Shown: in pieces, positions 12,857-27,574 of the stretch | Layout of the letters: each line of letters starts with the position of its first letter | Numbering within the stretch: position 1 is the first letter of the stretch | Assembly (NCBI RefSeq): GCF_000143415.4 | Contig: NW_003314371.1 | Location: 203,380-267,379, forward strand | From: Selaginella moellendorffii | Lineage: Eukaryota > Plantae > Lycopodiophyta | Reading direction: 5' to 3' | DNA: 64,000 nucleotides | Notes under the pieces: model-generated | Database searches by the model: none | Seen by the model: only the letters and a program-made list of their open reading frames with translations | What the model was told of the DNA's origin: nothing | Position numbers and translations under genes: made by a program

Positions 12857-14850
12857 ATTATTCCCTGCTTGCCCTGTTGTTGTGCGAGTTGTTTAGAGTC
12901 GATTGCTTGGTCCACAAGCAAGTAGCGCTCGATTCTCCTTTGGTTGAGATACCAAGCTTGTCTGAGACGAAAGTCGTGGCGATAGTCTCCGCTTCCACAT
13001 CTCGGCGCCGTACGCGTAGTAACCTCTCCTTGTAACTCATCTACGGACGCCCCACTGGGTCGGTTCTGTGAATGATTTCTTCGATTGATTCGCAGGCCCG
13101 TGTCTTGGTAGAAACGGTAGAGTGTATCGATGTGAATGGTGTTCCTTCTGCTCTGACGAGGTCGGGTGGGAAATAGAGCAGCTGGTCTCGCATTGCTGGT
13201 GCCTGGATTCGCATGTCCAGGTAGTGGTTCTCCTCGTCTTGTTTGATGACTACGGCCCCCAGATCACGTAGATGACTATGCCTCCATTTCTCGTCCCATG
13301 GATGTTGCTTTCCAGTTCCATGCTGTGCTGACGTCAGGGATCCGGCTCTGCTGGTCTTCCCAGCGATGATGTCGAAATGCTCTTATTCAGTCCGCAGTCG
13401 TGTGAGAAGCCGCCGATGTTCATCACCATCACCATCTCCACCATCACCGTCACCGTCACTTGCAATGTGTCCGAGTGCTGTTGCTTGTGCTGTCTGTTTC
13501 CTTTGCATTTTGTTGTTGTGGCGTTATAGGCAGTATCTTGTAAAGATCTTTGGGCTTGGTATCTTGTAAAGATTATGGCGAATTTTAAATCCTGTAGGTA
13601 GTGCTCTTGATATCTTAGTTCTCGGTGTGGTTCCCTGCAGCCAGTGCTGCTGCATGGCGTTTTTTCTGGGCTCCCACTTGGGCTTGGAGCGTGACCAATC
13701 ATTGCTGAGCGTGTTGGAGCGTTTGCGGTTCAGTGTATGCATTGTGTGCCATGGACACAAGTGTGTTGCCCGCCTCCGCTTCTTGCTGCTGGCCTGATGT
13801 AAGATGCATCATTCATCGCCCAACCGCGACCAGCTTAGATGGCCGCCGATCGGGAAGGTTGGCTTGATCACCTTTTTGGACATTTCCTTGCGTTTGCGGT
13901 TTAGTTGGACTCTTACGCAACGAGGTCCTTTTGCCCTTTGCTGTTGTCTTTCGGTGGCGGCTGTTTCACGACTGCGGGTGTAACTTGTTGATTGCCTAGG
14001 ATCAGACGCGGTGCCTTGTTTGTCGTTTTTGCTCAGCTTCCTCGGCAACGTCAGTGTGGAGCCTGACGAGTGCATCCTCTAAAATCTTCTACGCCTCATT
14101 CATAGCTGTTCTCGCACTGACTCGCTTGTGGTGCCGTCCCCTCTAGCTGCCAGGTATTTGGAAAGCTACTCTTGAGGCTCATTGCTGTCCGTGGACGTTT
14201 CTGTCGTCTGTTTGTTTCTGTTGTTGTATGGAGGTGTTTTCGGGTGGTGGTGGCGTGCTCTCTTTGCTTCCTCAATGTTCCAGAAGCGCCGAAATCCTTG
14301 GTGACGTTCAGGCGCTCTGGAATGTTGACGTACTAGGGCGCGTACGTGTGTTGTCCCATGATGATCCTCGCTGAGTTCTTTTCTCGACTGGAACCTCCAC
14401 GGTGACCACTCCTGATTTCACGTTGGTGAAGATGATGTGTCCCAGTGCCCGGAGGGCCTCCTTCGTGGTCTCTCTCTTGGCCTGGAGTCCACCGGGCTAA
14501 AGGCATGTTTCAAGCATCACCTGGCTGGTTTCCCTCTCTGGGCCGTTCTCCGCGAACCCGTTGTGGTGTTTGAAGGTAACCAGGAATTCGCTGTTGATCG
14601 CCGTGCTGTGAATTCAGAGCTTCGCGATCTGGTGCCTCTCGTACGTGTAATGGCCAAACCAGGGGTTCACTTCCTCTCGGTTGAAGCGTGGGTGGTCAAT
14701 TCACACACTGCATCAGGTCTCCATATCTTCTATCATTCTGCAATAGTTTCTGACTGCCTTGGTTTTGTGATGCTGAGTGTAGTTTTAGAATCAGCACTGG
14801 GTCTTGGGATCCAACAGTGGGGATCTTGGGCTCGATGTTGGTGGTGACCA
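12857..14850 (-). mobile_element. Decayed L1-like LINE fragment (ORF1-like region plus start of an APE endonuclease-like ORF2)
   Basis: ORF1-like: FLVTF...EALRALGHIIF..VVTVEVPV...YVNIPERL. APE-like: GGIVIYV..VIKQDEENHYLDMRI..LYFPP..RRIERYLL. Stops and frameshifts present; inverted homolog at 26090-27570. Confidence 0.6.
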
Positions 14851-14912
14851 ACATCGAATAGTTTGAATAGTGTGTGACCGGCGTTTTCTTTGCTTTGAAT
14901 ATACTACATGTT

Positions 14913-15425
14913 AGGTGTATCCGCTAAATTGTGATCGCGTCTCCTAGCTCGAGGGTCTTGCTCTTAGCATTTTCTCCAGAGAGTAGGTTTTCATGCTCCA
15001 GAATTGGGGCGGCGGGGATGGGCGAGGATCCATTTGAGGGTCATTGTCTCTTCCTTGAGATGCACAATAGGGAGATGTCACAGCACTGTGGTCCAGAGAA
15101 GCACATCGCACTGGAGGTGATTTTCATCACCTGCGGCTCCATGTACTTCTTAATACTGGAAACGAAAAAGGTACGAACTTTTCTTTTTTTCCCAGGTATT
15201 GGAGGGACTGGCAGCCAAGATTTGGATGATGCGCCGTGGAGATGGCTGAAAAAATTATGTACTTTTTGTAGGATTCCCAAATTCTAGGTCCAGCTTGATC
15301 GAGCGCTTCCCTGGGCTCAAATGTTCAGCTATGAAGATCTAGCACAGGCCACCTGCTTGCCCGCGAAATTTTTATCCAAGCCACAATTCAGCAAATTTAA
15401 ACGCTGGACTCAGTTTAGCTAGTTA
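14913..15425 (+). repeat. Hairpin repeat module, copy 2 (leader and 3' arm partly deleted)
   Basis: Hairpin at 15081-15158 with about 10 nt missing from the 3' arm; same downstream gtacg...cccag|gtattggagggactggcagccaagattt segment. Confidence 0.82.
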
Positions 15426-15454
15426 AATTGGAAGCGCACAGGTCCAAAGCTTCT

Positions 15455-16335
15455 TCATTGTCCGACTGCTTCTGTTTCTTCGCTTTGCTCCGATTCTGCC
15501 TTTCTGTTCTTGTGTGGAGGTTGTTTCTGTGACGGGTGAGATGGTGGTGGTGGCATGCTCTCTTTGGTTGCGGGTGCTGCCGCGATGTTCCAGAAGCGCC
15601 AATTAAAGGTGAAATCCTTGGTGACGTTCAGGCGCTCTGGAATGTTGAGCTTCGCTGAGTTCTTTGTCGGCTGTCTTCTCGCCATATTCTTGGAGGTATG
15701 CCAGGTGATAGTGAAACACGTTGGGGTGTTTGGAGGTAACCAGGAATTCGCTGTTGATCGCCATGCTGTGAATTCAGAACTTCGCGATCGGCCAAACCAG
15801 GGATTCACTTCCTCTCGGTTGAACAATTCACAACACGCAATGCATATGGCAGGGGCTCTTGTCATTCGGCAATAATCTCTGGCCGGTGGGTCGTAGTGTT
15901 CAGCGCGATCCCTTGACGTTCTCGGGCTCCTGGTCTCCGAGCGCATGCCTACTCAAGCGTGGTTGTTCTTTGGCCATGTCGCTGCGCGGTGGTGCTGCAT
16001 GCATGGGTGCCGGGTGCCGGGTGGAGTCCATTCTGTTGCGGCGTGTAATGGCCATGTTGACGAGCGCACTGTGGTTGGCATTGTGATTGGCGTGGAGCTG
16101 TGCATGCCTGCTGAGTGGTCGTCTCTCTCATACCTCTCAGCCCTGGGTCTTCCAACACTGGGGATCTTGGGCTCGATGTTGGTGTCGTGGCTGCGCCAGT
16201 ACTGCTGCGTTGGCGTGCTTCTGAACTTTTTTGCCGACAATGCCTTTGCTTGAGGACGTGTTCGTGACGATCACTGGAGGCGTTATTGGTTGAGTTATGA
16301 TCCCTGCCTGGCAGCTGCCGTGACCGGGAGGACAA
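15455..16335 (-). mobile_element. Second decayed L1-like LINE ORF1 fragment
   Basis: Shares FNREEVNPWFG and NIPERLNVTKDF with 12857-14850; homologous in reverse to 25440-25950. Confidence 0.6.
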
Positions 16336-16981
16336 CAACACAGGGTGCACGTCCAGACTTGGGTGTAGTGAACATTGTGGAGGAGGAAATTCATGACTCA
16401 ATTCTGGGCCTTACTATGTGTTGAGAAAGATAAACGTGTCACATGCATGAAAGTCAGTTCCAAAAAATACAGTGGTGCCAAGCATAACAGGATATAAGAC
16501 TTGGCAGGACAACATGATCATCCAAACATTTTGGTTGTGTGCAGATGACATTCAACATTGTTGGGACCAATTGGGCGATCTTAAAGGGTTCAGTTGTGCT
16601 CCATTACAATGGCTAGTTGCTGAAAGTATATTGATAACTTTGGCAGAGCCACACCAGCTCTAGAAGAAACTCCACTGGAGGATCCAATCCCATCAAAACC
16701 TATTCAGGTGCACCAAGAAATAATGGACAAAGAAATCTTAACACCAACTCCAACATCAACTGCTTCAGGTAAATGATCTTTGAAAAAAATTAATATCTCT
16801 TTAACATTTGCCTCTCCTGCTAGCGGGGTGGTCGGTGGAGCTAGGCTTCAACCTTTGGGACCTTCATTTCTTGAGCTTGGGCTGAAACACTCCGTGAATG
16901 TGGAAAAACTTACAGCTCGGGCATGCCGTCCACATTGGTGGTTTTGTTTTTGGGAGACCCCTCGAATATACGAGAATATTA

Positions 16982-17612
16982 GGTATATCCGTTAAATTGT
17001 GATCACCGTCCGTCTACATCATCCCAGCCGTCGAAGCTAGGTCCAAAGTTAGCTCGAGGGTCTATTTTTAGTATTTAGCTCTTACAAAAGCGCAGTGTAT
17101 CGCCTAGGGTTTTCTCCAGGGAGTAGGTTTTCATTTGGGGGTTCGATCGGCCCTATCTTTTGCTCACTTGCGATGAATGGGTGTTGAGGGTCACTGTCTC
17201 TTCCTTGAGATCCACAAGGAGATGTCACAATACGTCACAGTACTGTGGTCCAGAGAAGCACATCGCACTGGAGGTGATTTCCATCACCTGTGGCTCCATG
17301 TACTTCTCTGTTCCACAGTACTGGAAACGAAAAGGTACGTATTGCTTTTTCTTTTTCTTTTTTTTTTCCAGGTATTGGAGGGAGTGGCAGCCAAGATTTG
17401 GATGATGCGTTAAGAAACTTCTCATCCGTGAAGATGAGCTATCCAAGTTGTCCAGGTTTTTGTTTTGTGTCACATTTGGATTTGGATTCCCAAATTCCAG
17501 CTCCGGCTGGATCGAGCGCTTGCCCAGGCTCAAATCTATGAAGATCTAGCGAACGGGTATCATACCAGGCTTGGATCGCTGGATCAAATTTCGGGAGCCC
17601 TTGGGCAAGCAG
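16982..17612 (+). repeat. Hairpin repeat module, copy 3
   Basis: Hairpin at 17238-17323; leader nearly identical to copy 1; the terminal ~45 bp (17570-17612) is inverted relative to copies 2 and 4. Confidence 0.85.
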
Positions 17613-18639
17613 GCATTCTGGTTTTAATTTATTTAATATAAATACAATTGCATTGCCTTTGAAGATGACCTAAACTTGAAAGCAAACGGGCATTTAAATT
17701 TGCTCCACATTTTTATGGAAATGAATTGTACTTAGTGATAGCGAGATGATTGCCTCCCACCGTCACCACTGCCACCATCCTCACCACCACCACCACAGGA
17801 GACGGGGACAGGGACAAAGAATGGCAAAGAATAGCACAATCATATAACTTGAATTGGGATCGACTCTTCTTCATGTTGATCATCGGTAGCTGCTGCTGCT
17901 GCTGCTGCTTGGATTTCACGAGACATCACCAGCATCATAGCTGGATTGGGATTATCAAGTCATCATCAGCATCATAACTGGATTGGGATCATCAACTCTT
18001 CATCGCCAACATAGTAGGAACGTTTTATGATATTAAAAGAGCTCAATCGCCAACATAGTAGGAAATAATAATCTCAGTATAGGAATGCTCACTAAAACGG
18101 CGTTGGGTGAGATCCGCCTCTTGCATCTCCGCTCGGATGGTTGTGCCAATGGAGGCTGTGTCTCACTTGGTTAATTCCATACAAAGTAGCATCCCCTTCC
18201 ATAGACAGTTTACGGCCAGTTTAGCTCGTTGCCCTCCAAAACTTACGGAGCCAATCTTTAAACTGTGCAAGTCAAAAGAGTGAAAAGATTTCAGGAGAAA
18301 AGAGAACTTTCTTTCGAGCGTTACACAGGAATTGTGAGTTCACCTCTTTTTTCTCCGGATCTTGAGCCGTCAATCTCCATGGCCGTTGCACGCATGCATA
18401 CTTCAAGAATCCACGAAAAAGGCTATGAACAGCTCGTAACAAAAGGTGGCGGGGCTACATGTGAGCGTCGGCTTGCTTGCTGGGCAGTGGTAATACCAAG
18501 ACGCGAAACGCGGCAGGAGATCGGCTCCTGTGCTTGCTGGTGGGGTGGCGTTTATAAGAGTTGGCAAGCAAAAACAAAGTCATAGATCTCTCGATCTCGC
18601 AAAAGAAGGTTGGCCGGATCCATACATCATCAATTTATC

Positions 18640-19101
18640 ATGTCGTCGACGAGTCCCAGTTATCTGATGATCCTGCTGCTTCTCACCGCTACTCTTGTCT
18701 GTGGTGATGAGTTCTCAGATCCGCCACCTTCTTCTTCTTTGCATTCTCCTCGAAACAGTAGAAAGCTTTCGCCATTGTTGCTAGGCTTGATGAGAGGCCG
18801 AGGAGCAGTGGGATCGAGTGTGGAGTGCTCCCAGGGTGAATCGGGTGGAACCTTTTGCCGTGCTCAGGCATTGTTCGCGGCAAGCGGATCGAGTGCGTCG
18901 TGTTGCAATCGGCGGTGTGTGGACGTTGGCGTGGATCTGTTCCACTGCGGCATTTGCAACCGGCGGTGCCAAGACGGGGAGTCGTGCTGCAGGGGATTTT
19001 GCGTAGATCTCAACACCAACAGGAAGAACTGTGGCGAGTGCGGTTTCAAGTGTCCCAGAGACGTGCAGTGCCAGTTTGGGATCTGTGGCTATGCTGGATG
19101 A
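18640..19101 (+). CDS. STIG1-domain (GRI-like) secreted cysteine-rich protein
   Basis: Signal peptide YLMILLLLTATLVCG; C-terminal CCNRRCVD...HCGICNRRC...CCRGFCVDLNTNRKNCGECGFKC...CQFGICGYAG; TTATAA about 90 bp upstream. Confidence 0.92.
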   Translation: MSSTSPSYLMILLLLTATLVCGDEFSDPPPSSSLHSPRNSRKLSPLLLGLMRGRGAVGSSVECSQGESGGTFCRAQALFAASGSSASCCNRRCVDVGVDLFHCGICNRRCQDGESCCRGFCVDLNTNRKNCGECGFKCPRDVQCQFGICGYAG

Positions 19102-19305
19102 TCAAGGAAGAACATCTCTACTCGTTTTGCATCATTCTTTAGTTCTTGATTATGAGATCCTTCATCGATTTTATTCATTTTCTTCATTGTCTGAGTTTGT
19201 TACCATGAGAAGAGGAAAATTCATGTATTTGCTTGATTCATTCATTCATTTATCCAAGAGCCAAGTGTTTATCTTCCGGGTCTTGAGAGTTAATAGTTTG
19301 TGTCG

Positions 19306-20928
19306 TCAATCTAGCCTCAGAACAAGACCACCACCACCTTCCGCCTTGCCTCCTCCTCCTCCTCCCTCTTGCGATCCGCCTTGCGAGCTCTTCCGGCTTC
19401 CAGACGGCTGCTGCGACGCCGAGTTTCCACCGCCGCCCCCCTGCTGAGGCTGCTGAGCCCGAGGAGGCGGCGATTTCGGGCGGAGGGCCTCTATCTCGTT
19501 CGTGGTCCCCAAGAGATGCGGAGCTTCTGGCTGAGGATTGCCTCGTCCTCCCTGCCAGACATTGCCTTCCGAGTCTGCAAAGTATCTTGTATACGTCTGA
19601 AACATCGCAAACAAACAAACTTTGTCGTAGAAAAAGAGCAAGCTTTCCAAAAAGAAAAAGAGCTTCCAGACTTACCTGGCTGCTGAAGTTGGAGGACGTG
19701 AGACTCTTCCCGATGGTTACCCAGCCAGCACGGATGTTATGGTCTTCGCCGAATAGCTCCAGCCGCCGCCGGCCCAGCGCAAAATGCTCTATGATGTGGT
19801 AGAGCTCTTCTGGTTTAGCGACGGATCCTACAGACAAGCAGCCATTAGCTTGAGAGAGTTTTGAAGTTGAGAGACAACTCACCGAACGGAGGCTCCTCCG
19901 AGATAATCACGTCGGTGTCAACGTTGGCATGAATGATATGTCCATCACTGCTTCTTCTCACGGTTCCTTTTATACCCATCAAGCAGTGTTCCTGACAAAC
20001 CGAAGCGTGGGTTAGGCCACTACTAGCAAGCTCCGAGTGTCACGTACCTTTGAGTGCTGGAACAAGGTGTTGGAATCGTGTCTTAGTGGCGGAGATGGAT
20101 TTTGTTTGTTCGTCTTCACCCAGCAGATATCTTCACACCTTCTGAATCCCCACTATGGAATCCGTTAACGAGAAGAAAAAACGTATTTTGTTTCACGTAC
20201 CTTCTTCAAGCACTGCCGACCTTGATCGAGCCCTTCCGCATCTCCCACCCATAGAAAAATAAACGAGGGTGTATCAGCGATAGCCTGCGATCCACTGCCG
20301 TGAAAATCAAGCTCAAGAAGAACAAAGACAGAGAATGAGAAAGAAGAAAGAGCTCGTACCTCGATTCGAAGGTTGAGAATCTCCTCAAACGTCCACCACT
20401 CGAGGGAATCCTCCACGCCGGGAGCTCGTCTCACATACTCCTCCCAGGGAGGATCCACCAGGATGACATCAAACTTGGTGCCGAAAAGCTCTGGACCCAA
20501 AGCCTGCGTCTTCAAGTCACACTGCAAGTACATTGGCGGCGTTGCGCGCTCGGCGATGAGCGAATCCTTCCTCGTGACGAGCTCCTTGAGCTTGGGATAC
20601 TCCTCGAACCGGTCAGCCAGATCCACGTCCCGGATGAAATTGTGAGGACGCAATCCAGTGTCGACAAAGTGCTGCGAGTAATCGTTCTGCTCGCCCCGCG
20701 ACGGAGCTCGACCCAGGCCTCCTCTCCCTGGAACAATCCCCGCCGGGAACATCCCAGCGCCACAGCCCCAGCCCATGGACGCCGCGAAATGCGAGGAATA
20801 CGCGGCCCCTGGCGGGGGAAGCACACCTGATCGATCGAGCCAGAAAATCTCATGGAATCAGAGGGAATCAAGCGATTGCTACCTGTTCCTCGCCCCCTGC
20901 TCGTGGATCCCGCGCGCTGTGGCTGCAT
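19306..20928 (-). CDS. MTB: m6A mRNA methyltransferase non-catalytic subunit MTB (METTL14 ortholog, MT-A70 family)
   Basis: [78 protein letters not shown]. Exon 1 MQPQRAG... splices in frame. Confidence 0.93.
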
Positions 20929-21242
20929 TGCTTGCTAGAGCCCTAAACCCTAGTAGAGGAGATGCCATTGTCAAGCATATTCACGCCCACACGCCAATCC
21001 AGGGGAAAGAGAAATGTTTGTGGCGCATCGGACGGTACGTACAGACGTGGCAAAACGAATCTTCAGTGGACTGGACACATTCGCCCACTTGGCAAGATTG
21101 CGACCGTGGATCACTCCGCGTGGACGGGCCGATTTACTGGCCGCCATAGCTAAGAAGCCCTTGATTGACCCTTCTCTCCCCTTTTGGTTGTCTCAAAGAG
21201 AGGCGCAAATGGTGAAGTCTGTGGGGAAGAAATCCAGGGTGA

Positions 21243-23427
<2,185 letters not shown>

Positions 23428-23759
23428 AACTCCATTGCTTCCAAGGACGCGAGGAACGGTCACGATTTCCCATCAAGAACGAGCATTGCTATATTCAACG
23501 AGGAAGAAAAACACGGTATACAAAAACCGATCACTCACCTGGAAGATCGAGAGCTGGCGGTACGCCATCTCTTCCCCGATTTGACATTGTTTCGATTCAT
23601 ACAAGACCGGGACGCATAAATTTAAGTGTAAATTTTAAATGTGTGAATATTTAACCTAAATTATAATAATTTAAAACTTATAGCCCTAAATTATACTAAT
23701 TTTTAAATTACAAAATCATTAATGCAATTGTAGGTATGTTATTTCCCATTCACATCATT

Positions 23760-24390
23760 GGTAGAATGATTGTTCGAAAATCTCCAGCAGCAGGGAAGGG
23801 CACCTGGGGTGCAGATCAAGCTGCAGTTCGTTTTGAAGCTGCGAGGCGAAGGAACTCCATGGCATCGTGAGATACTACCATATTCATCGTGTAGATGGAA
23901 CATGAGTTTGGCAACAACACCCCAAACTGCATCATAGGGGACGAATACACTTGCGAAGTCGTCAAGAAGCTGGACTTCGTTGCAAAATTAGACCACAGAC
24001 AGCGCTACCCAGGCACGATCACGAAATGGCCAACCACACCACCACCCGTCTACTGGCTCAAATGCGACGATACAGAACACGGGATGGGCACGCCAACCCA
24101 CATGGGAGGCTATACAACATCGCAAACTATGTCAGACGAAGGAATCAGGAAATGGTGGAACCAGCTGCGCAGAACTCCAAAAGATGGTGACCAACTCCAC
24201 TGACAATTCCAGAAGGTGGCATGATCCACACCAAGCGTCCAAGAAGAAGAGTGCCTGTCCTCATTGACGAAGTAGAGACGAACTCAGGAATTTGCCATGC
24301 GACATCCCACTGACCTATGAGAAACAAATTCAATACCGCCGGTGGCTCCAGATGTGTACGGCTACTCCTCCAGATGCTGAACACGCAATG
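23760..24390 (+). mobile_element. Probable LINE ORF2 C-terminal relic (post-RT / zinc-finger region)
   Basis: Fragments IKLQFVLKLRGEGTPWHREIL, IRKWWNQLRRTPK and ACPH*RSRDE..LPC resemble the LINE post-RT and CCHC region. Heavily decayed. Confidence 0.35.
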
Positions 24391-24569
24391 AGAAGATTTT
24401 TTGAGGATGCATTCGTCACCTTTTGTTCTTAACGTGTGCATGCGTGCAACGGCCGGCTCAAGATCCAAAGGAAAAAGAGGTGAACACACAATCTACATCG
24501 AAAGCAAACTTTCCTCCTCAAATCTTTTATGACTCTTGATTATGACTCTTGACTTAGAGAGACCTGATG

Positions 24570-25180
24570 TTTAAATTTGAAGTCTAGCGTTTAAATTTTT
24601 TGTTGAAATGAATTGTGGCTTGGATCAAAATTTTGCGAGCCCTTGGGCAAGCAGATGGCCTGTGCTAGATCTTGGGCAAGCGCTCGATCAAGAATTTGGG
24701 AATCCTACAAGAAAGTTTTCAGCCATTCCCAGAACAAGAACAACCTTAGAAGACATCTCCACGGATGAGAAGTTTCTTACCATGCCAGTTCCTGCAATAC
24801 CTGGACAAAATGAAAAAGCAATACGTACTTATTTCGTTTCCAGTACTGTGGAACAGCGAAGTACATGGAGCCGCAGGTGATGGAAGAAATCACCTCCAGT
24901 GCGATGTGCTTCTCTGTACCACAGTACTGTGATGCCAAAGTCTTCCTTGTGCATCTCAAGGAAGAGACTCAAATGGATCCTCGCCCATCGTCGCCCACCT
25001 CGCCAGATAGGGCGGATCGAAGCCCAATTCTCTCTGGAGAAAACCCTAGACAATGCACTGTTGCTTTAGTAAGAGCTAAATACTAAAAATAGACCCTCGG
25101 GCTAAGTTTGGACCTAGCTTCGACGGCTGGGATGATGTAGACGGACGGTGGAGATGCGATCACAATTTAGTGGATATATG
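24570..25180 (-). repeat. Hairpin repeat module, copy 4 (inverted orientation)
   Basis: Reverse complement of copies 1-3; hairpin at 24841-24929, plus a small adjacent hairpin tcttccttg-tgcatct-caaggaaga. Confidence 0.85.
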
Positions 25181-25199
25181 CTCAAATATTCTAGTATAT

Positions 25200-27570
25200 T
25201 CGAGGAGTTAAAAACAAAACCTGGACGAAAATGTCGGCAGGCAAAGGCACGCTCAAGCTGTAAGTTTTTCCACATTCACGGAGTGTCCGCTATGGTGTTT
25301 CAGCAAGAAATGAAGGTCCCACCCCTCGCAGCAGTCTTCCTCAACATGCCCAAAGCACCGCACCCACAGCTGCAACAATCCACCAATGACCAATCCCTCG
25401 CCAAGCGCACTTCAAGCGGGAGAGATCAGCGTCAAACAGAGACGAGGAGTCACGGCAACCATCACGCGGGGATCGTCACTCAACCGATAACTCCTCCAGC
25501 GATCGTCGTCACCGTGTCATTCAACTGGGATCTCAACCAAGGAACACGTCCTCAAGGAAAAAAACGCCATTGCCGGCAGCAACGGTCACACGAGAAACTA
25601 CTATTCAAACATGGCAATGGCTGATGCATAGCACAACACCGCCACGACACTGGCCAACACCAACATTAAGCCCAAGATCCCCACTGTTGGATCCCAAGAC
25701 CCAGTGCTGACCCTAAAACTACGGGCGAGGAGAGGATTTCGGACCAGAGACGACCACTCAAGCATCACAATGTCAACCGCCAGCGCGCCCGTCAACATGG
25801 CCATTACGCCGTAACAGAATGGACTCCACGGCGCAGCACCCCCGCCCAGCGACATGGCTAGAGGACAACCTAAGGGGAGAACAGCCGCATGCGCTCGGAG
25901 ACCAGGAGCCCCAGAACGTCGAGGGATCACTGAACACTAAGACCCGATCTACCACCAACCAAGGACTATTGCAGAATGAGAGGAGCCCCTCCCATACAGA
26001 AATCACTTCCTGCGTGGTTACAACTTTACCAAGGGACCACATAAGAGCTCCATGTACTTTCAACTGCTGAAGTAACGGGTCTGGATATTGGAGACCTGAT
26101 GGAGTGTGTGAATTGACCACCCACGCTTCAACGGAGAGGAAGTGAACCTGGTTTGGCCGTTACATGTACGAGAGATCGCGAAGTTCTGAATTCACAGCAC
26201 GGCGAATTCCTGGTTACAACCGGCTATCTGGGGCGAGGGCATGTTTCACTATCGCCAGCATCACCTGGCTGATTTCCCTCTCTGGGCCGGTCTCTGCGAA
26301 CCCGGTGGACTCCAGGCCGAGAGAGAGACCACGAAGGAGGCCCTCCGGACACTGGGACGCATCATCTTCACCAACGTGAAATCAGTGGTCACCGTGGAGG
26401 TTCCAGTCGACAAAAAGAACTCAGCAAGGATCACCATGGGACAACACATGCACGCGCCCCAGTACGTCAACATTCCAGAGCGCCTGAACGTCACCAAGGA
26501 TTTCGGCGCTTCTGGAACATAGGCAGCAAAGAGAGCACGCCACCACCCGGCACAGAAAACACCTCCATACAACAACAGAAACAAACAGACGACAGAAACG
26601 TCCACGGACAGGAATGAGCCTCAAGACTAGCTTTCCAAATACCTGGCAGCTCGAGGGAACGGCACCACAAGCGAGTCAGTGCGAGAACAGCTATGAATGA
26701 GGACTAGAAGATTTTGGAGGATGCCGTCAAGCTCCACACTGACGCTGCCGATGAAGCTGGGCAAAAACGAGCAACAAACAAGGCACCGCGTCTGATCCTA
26801 GACAATCAACAAGTTACACCCGCAGTCGTGAAACAGCCGCCACCGAAAGACAACAGCAAAGGGCAAAAGGACAACCAGAAACGCAAGGAAATGTCCAAAA
26901 AGGTGATCAAGCCAATCTTCCCAACCCTGACCAACTTAGATCCGTGATCAGCACAGCCGTGGCGATGAATGATGCATCTTACATCAGGCCAGCAACAAGA
27001 AGCGGAGGCGGGCAACACACCAGTGTCCATGGCACACCACACATACACTCAACCCCAAGCAGGGTCCATCATGACGAAGTAACGCTCCAACACACTCAGC
27101 AATGATTGATCATGCTCCAAGCCCAAGTGCGAGCCCAGAAAAATTGCCACGCAACAGCACTGGCTGCAGGGAACCAGATCAAGAGCACTACAAGATTTAA
27201 AATCCACCATAATCTTTACAACAAGCTCAAAGATCTTTACGTACTCTACTTTTGTAGCTGATTTTGGACTGCCCTAACGCCACAACAACAAAATGCGAAG
27301 GAAACAGACAGCACAAGCCGGCACATTGCAGTGACGGTGACAGTGATGGTGGAGGCAGTAAAGGTGATGACATCGGCAGCTTCTCACACGACTGTGGACT
27401 GGGTTTAGCGGAATATGGTCATCGCACTAGCTGAAACATGCAGAGCCGATCCCTGAACCTCCCAAGCTTCAACACACACAGCACATCCATGGGATGAGAA
27501 AATGAAGACATAGTCATCTACATGATCTGGGGCTGTAGTCATTAAATAAGACGAAGAGAAGCACTAATTG
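25200..27570 (+). mobile_element. Decayed L1-like LINE 5' portion, ending abruptly at the AT-rich island
   Basis: Reverse-complement homology to 16960-16850, 16330-15890 and 14730-13230; contains EALRTLGRIIFTNVKSVVTVEVPVDKKNSARITMGQHMHAPQYVNIPERL. Confidence 0.62.
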
Positions 27571-27574
27571 GCCT

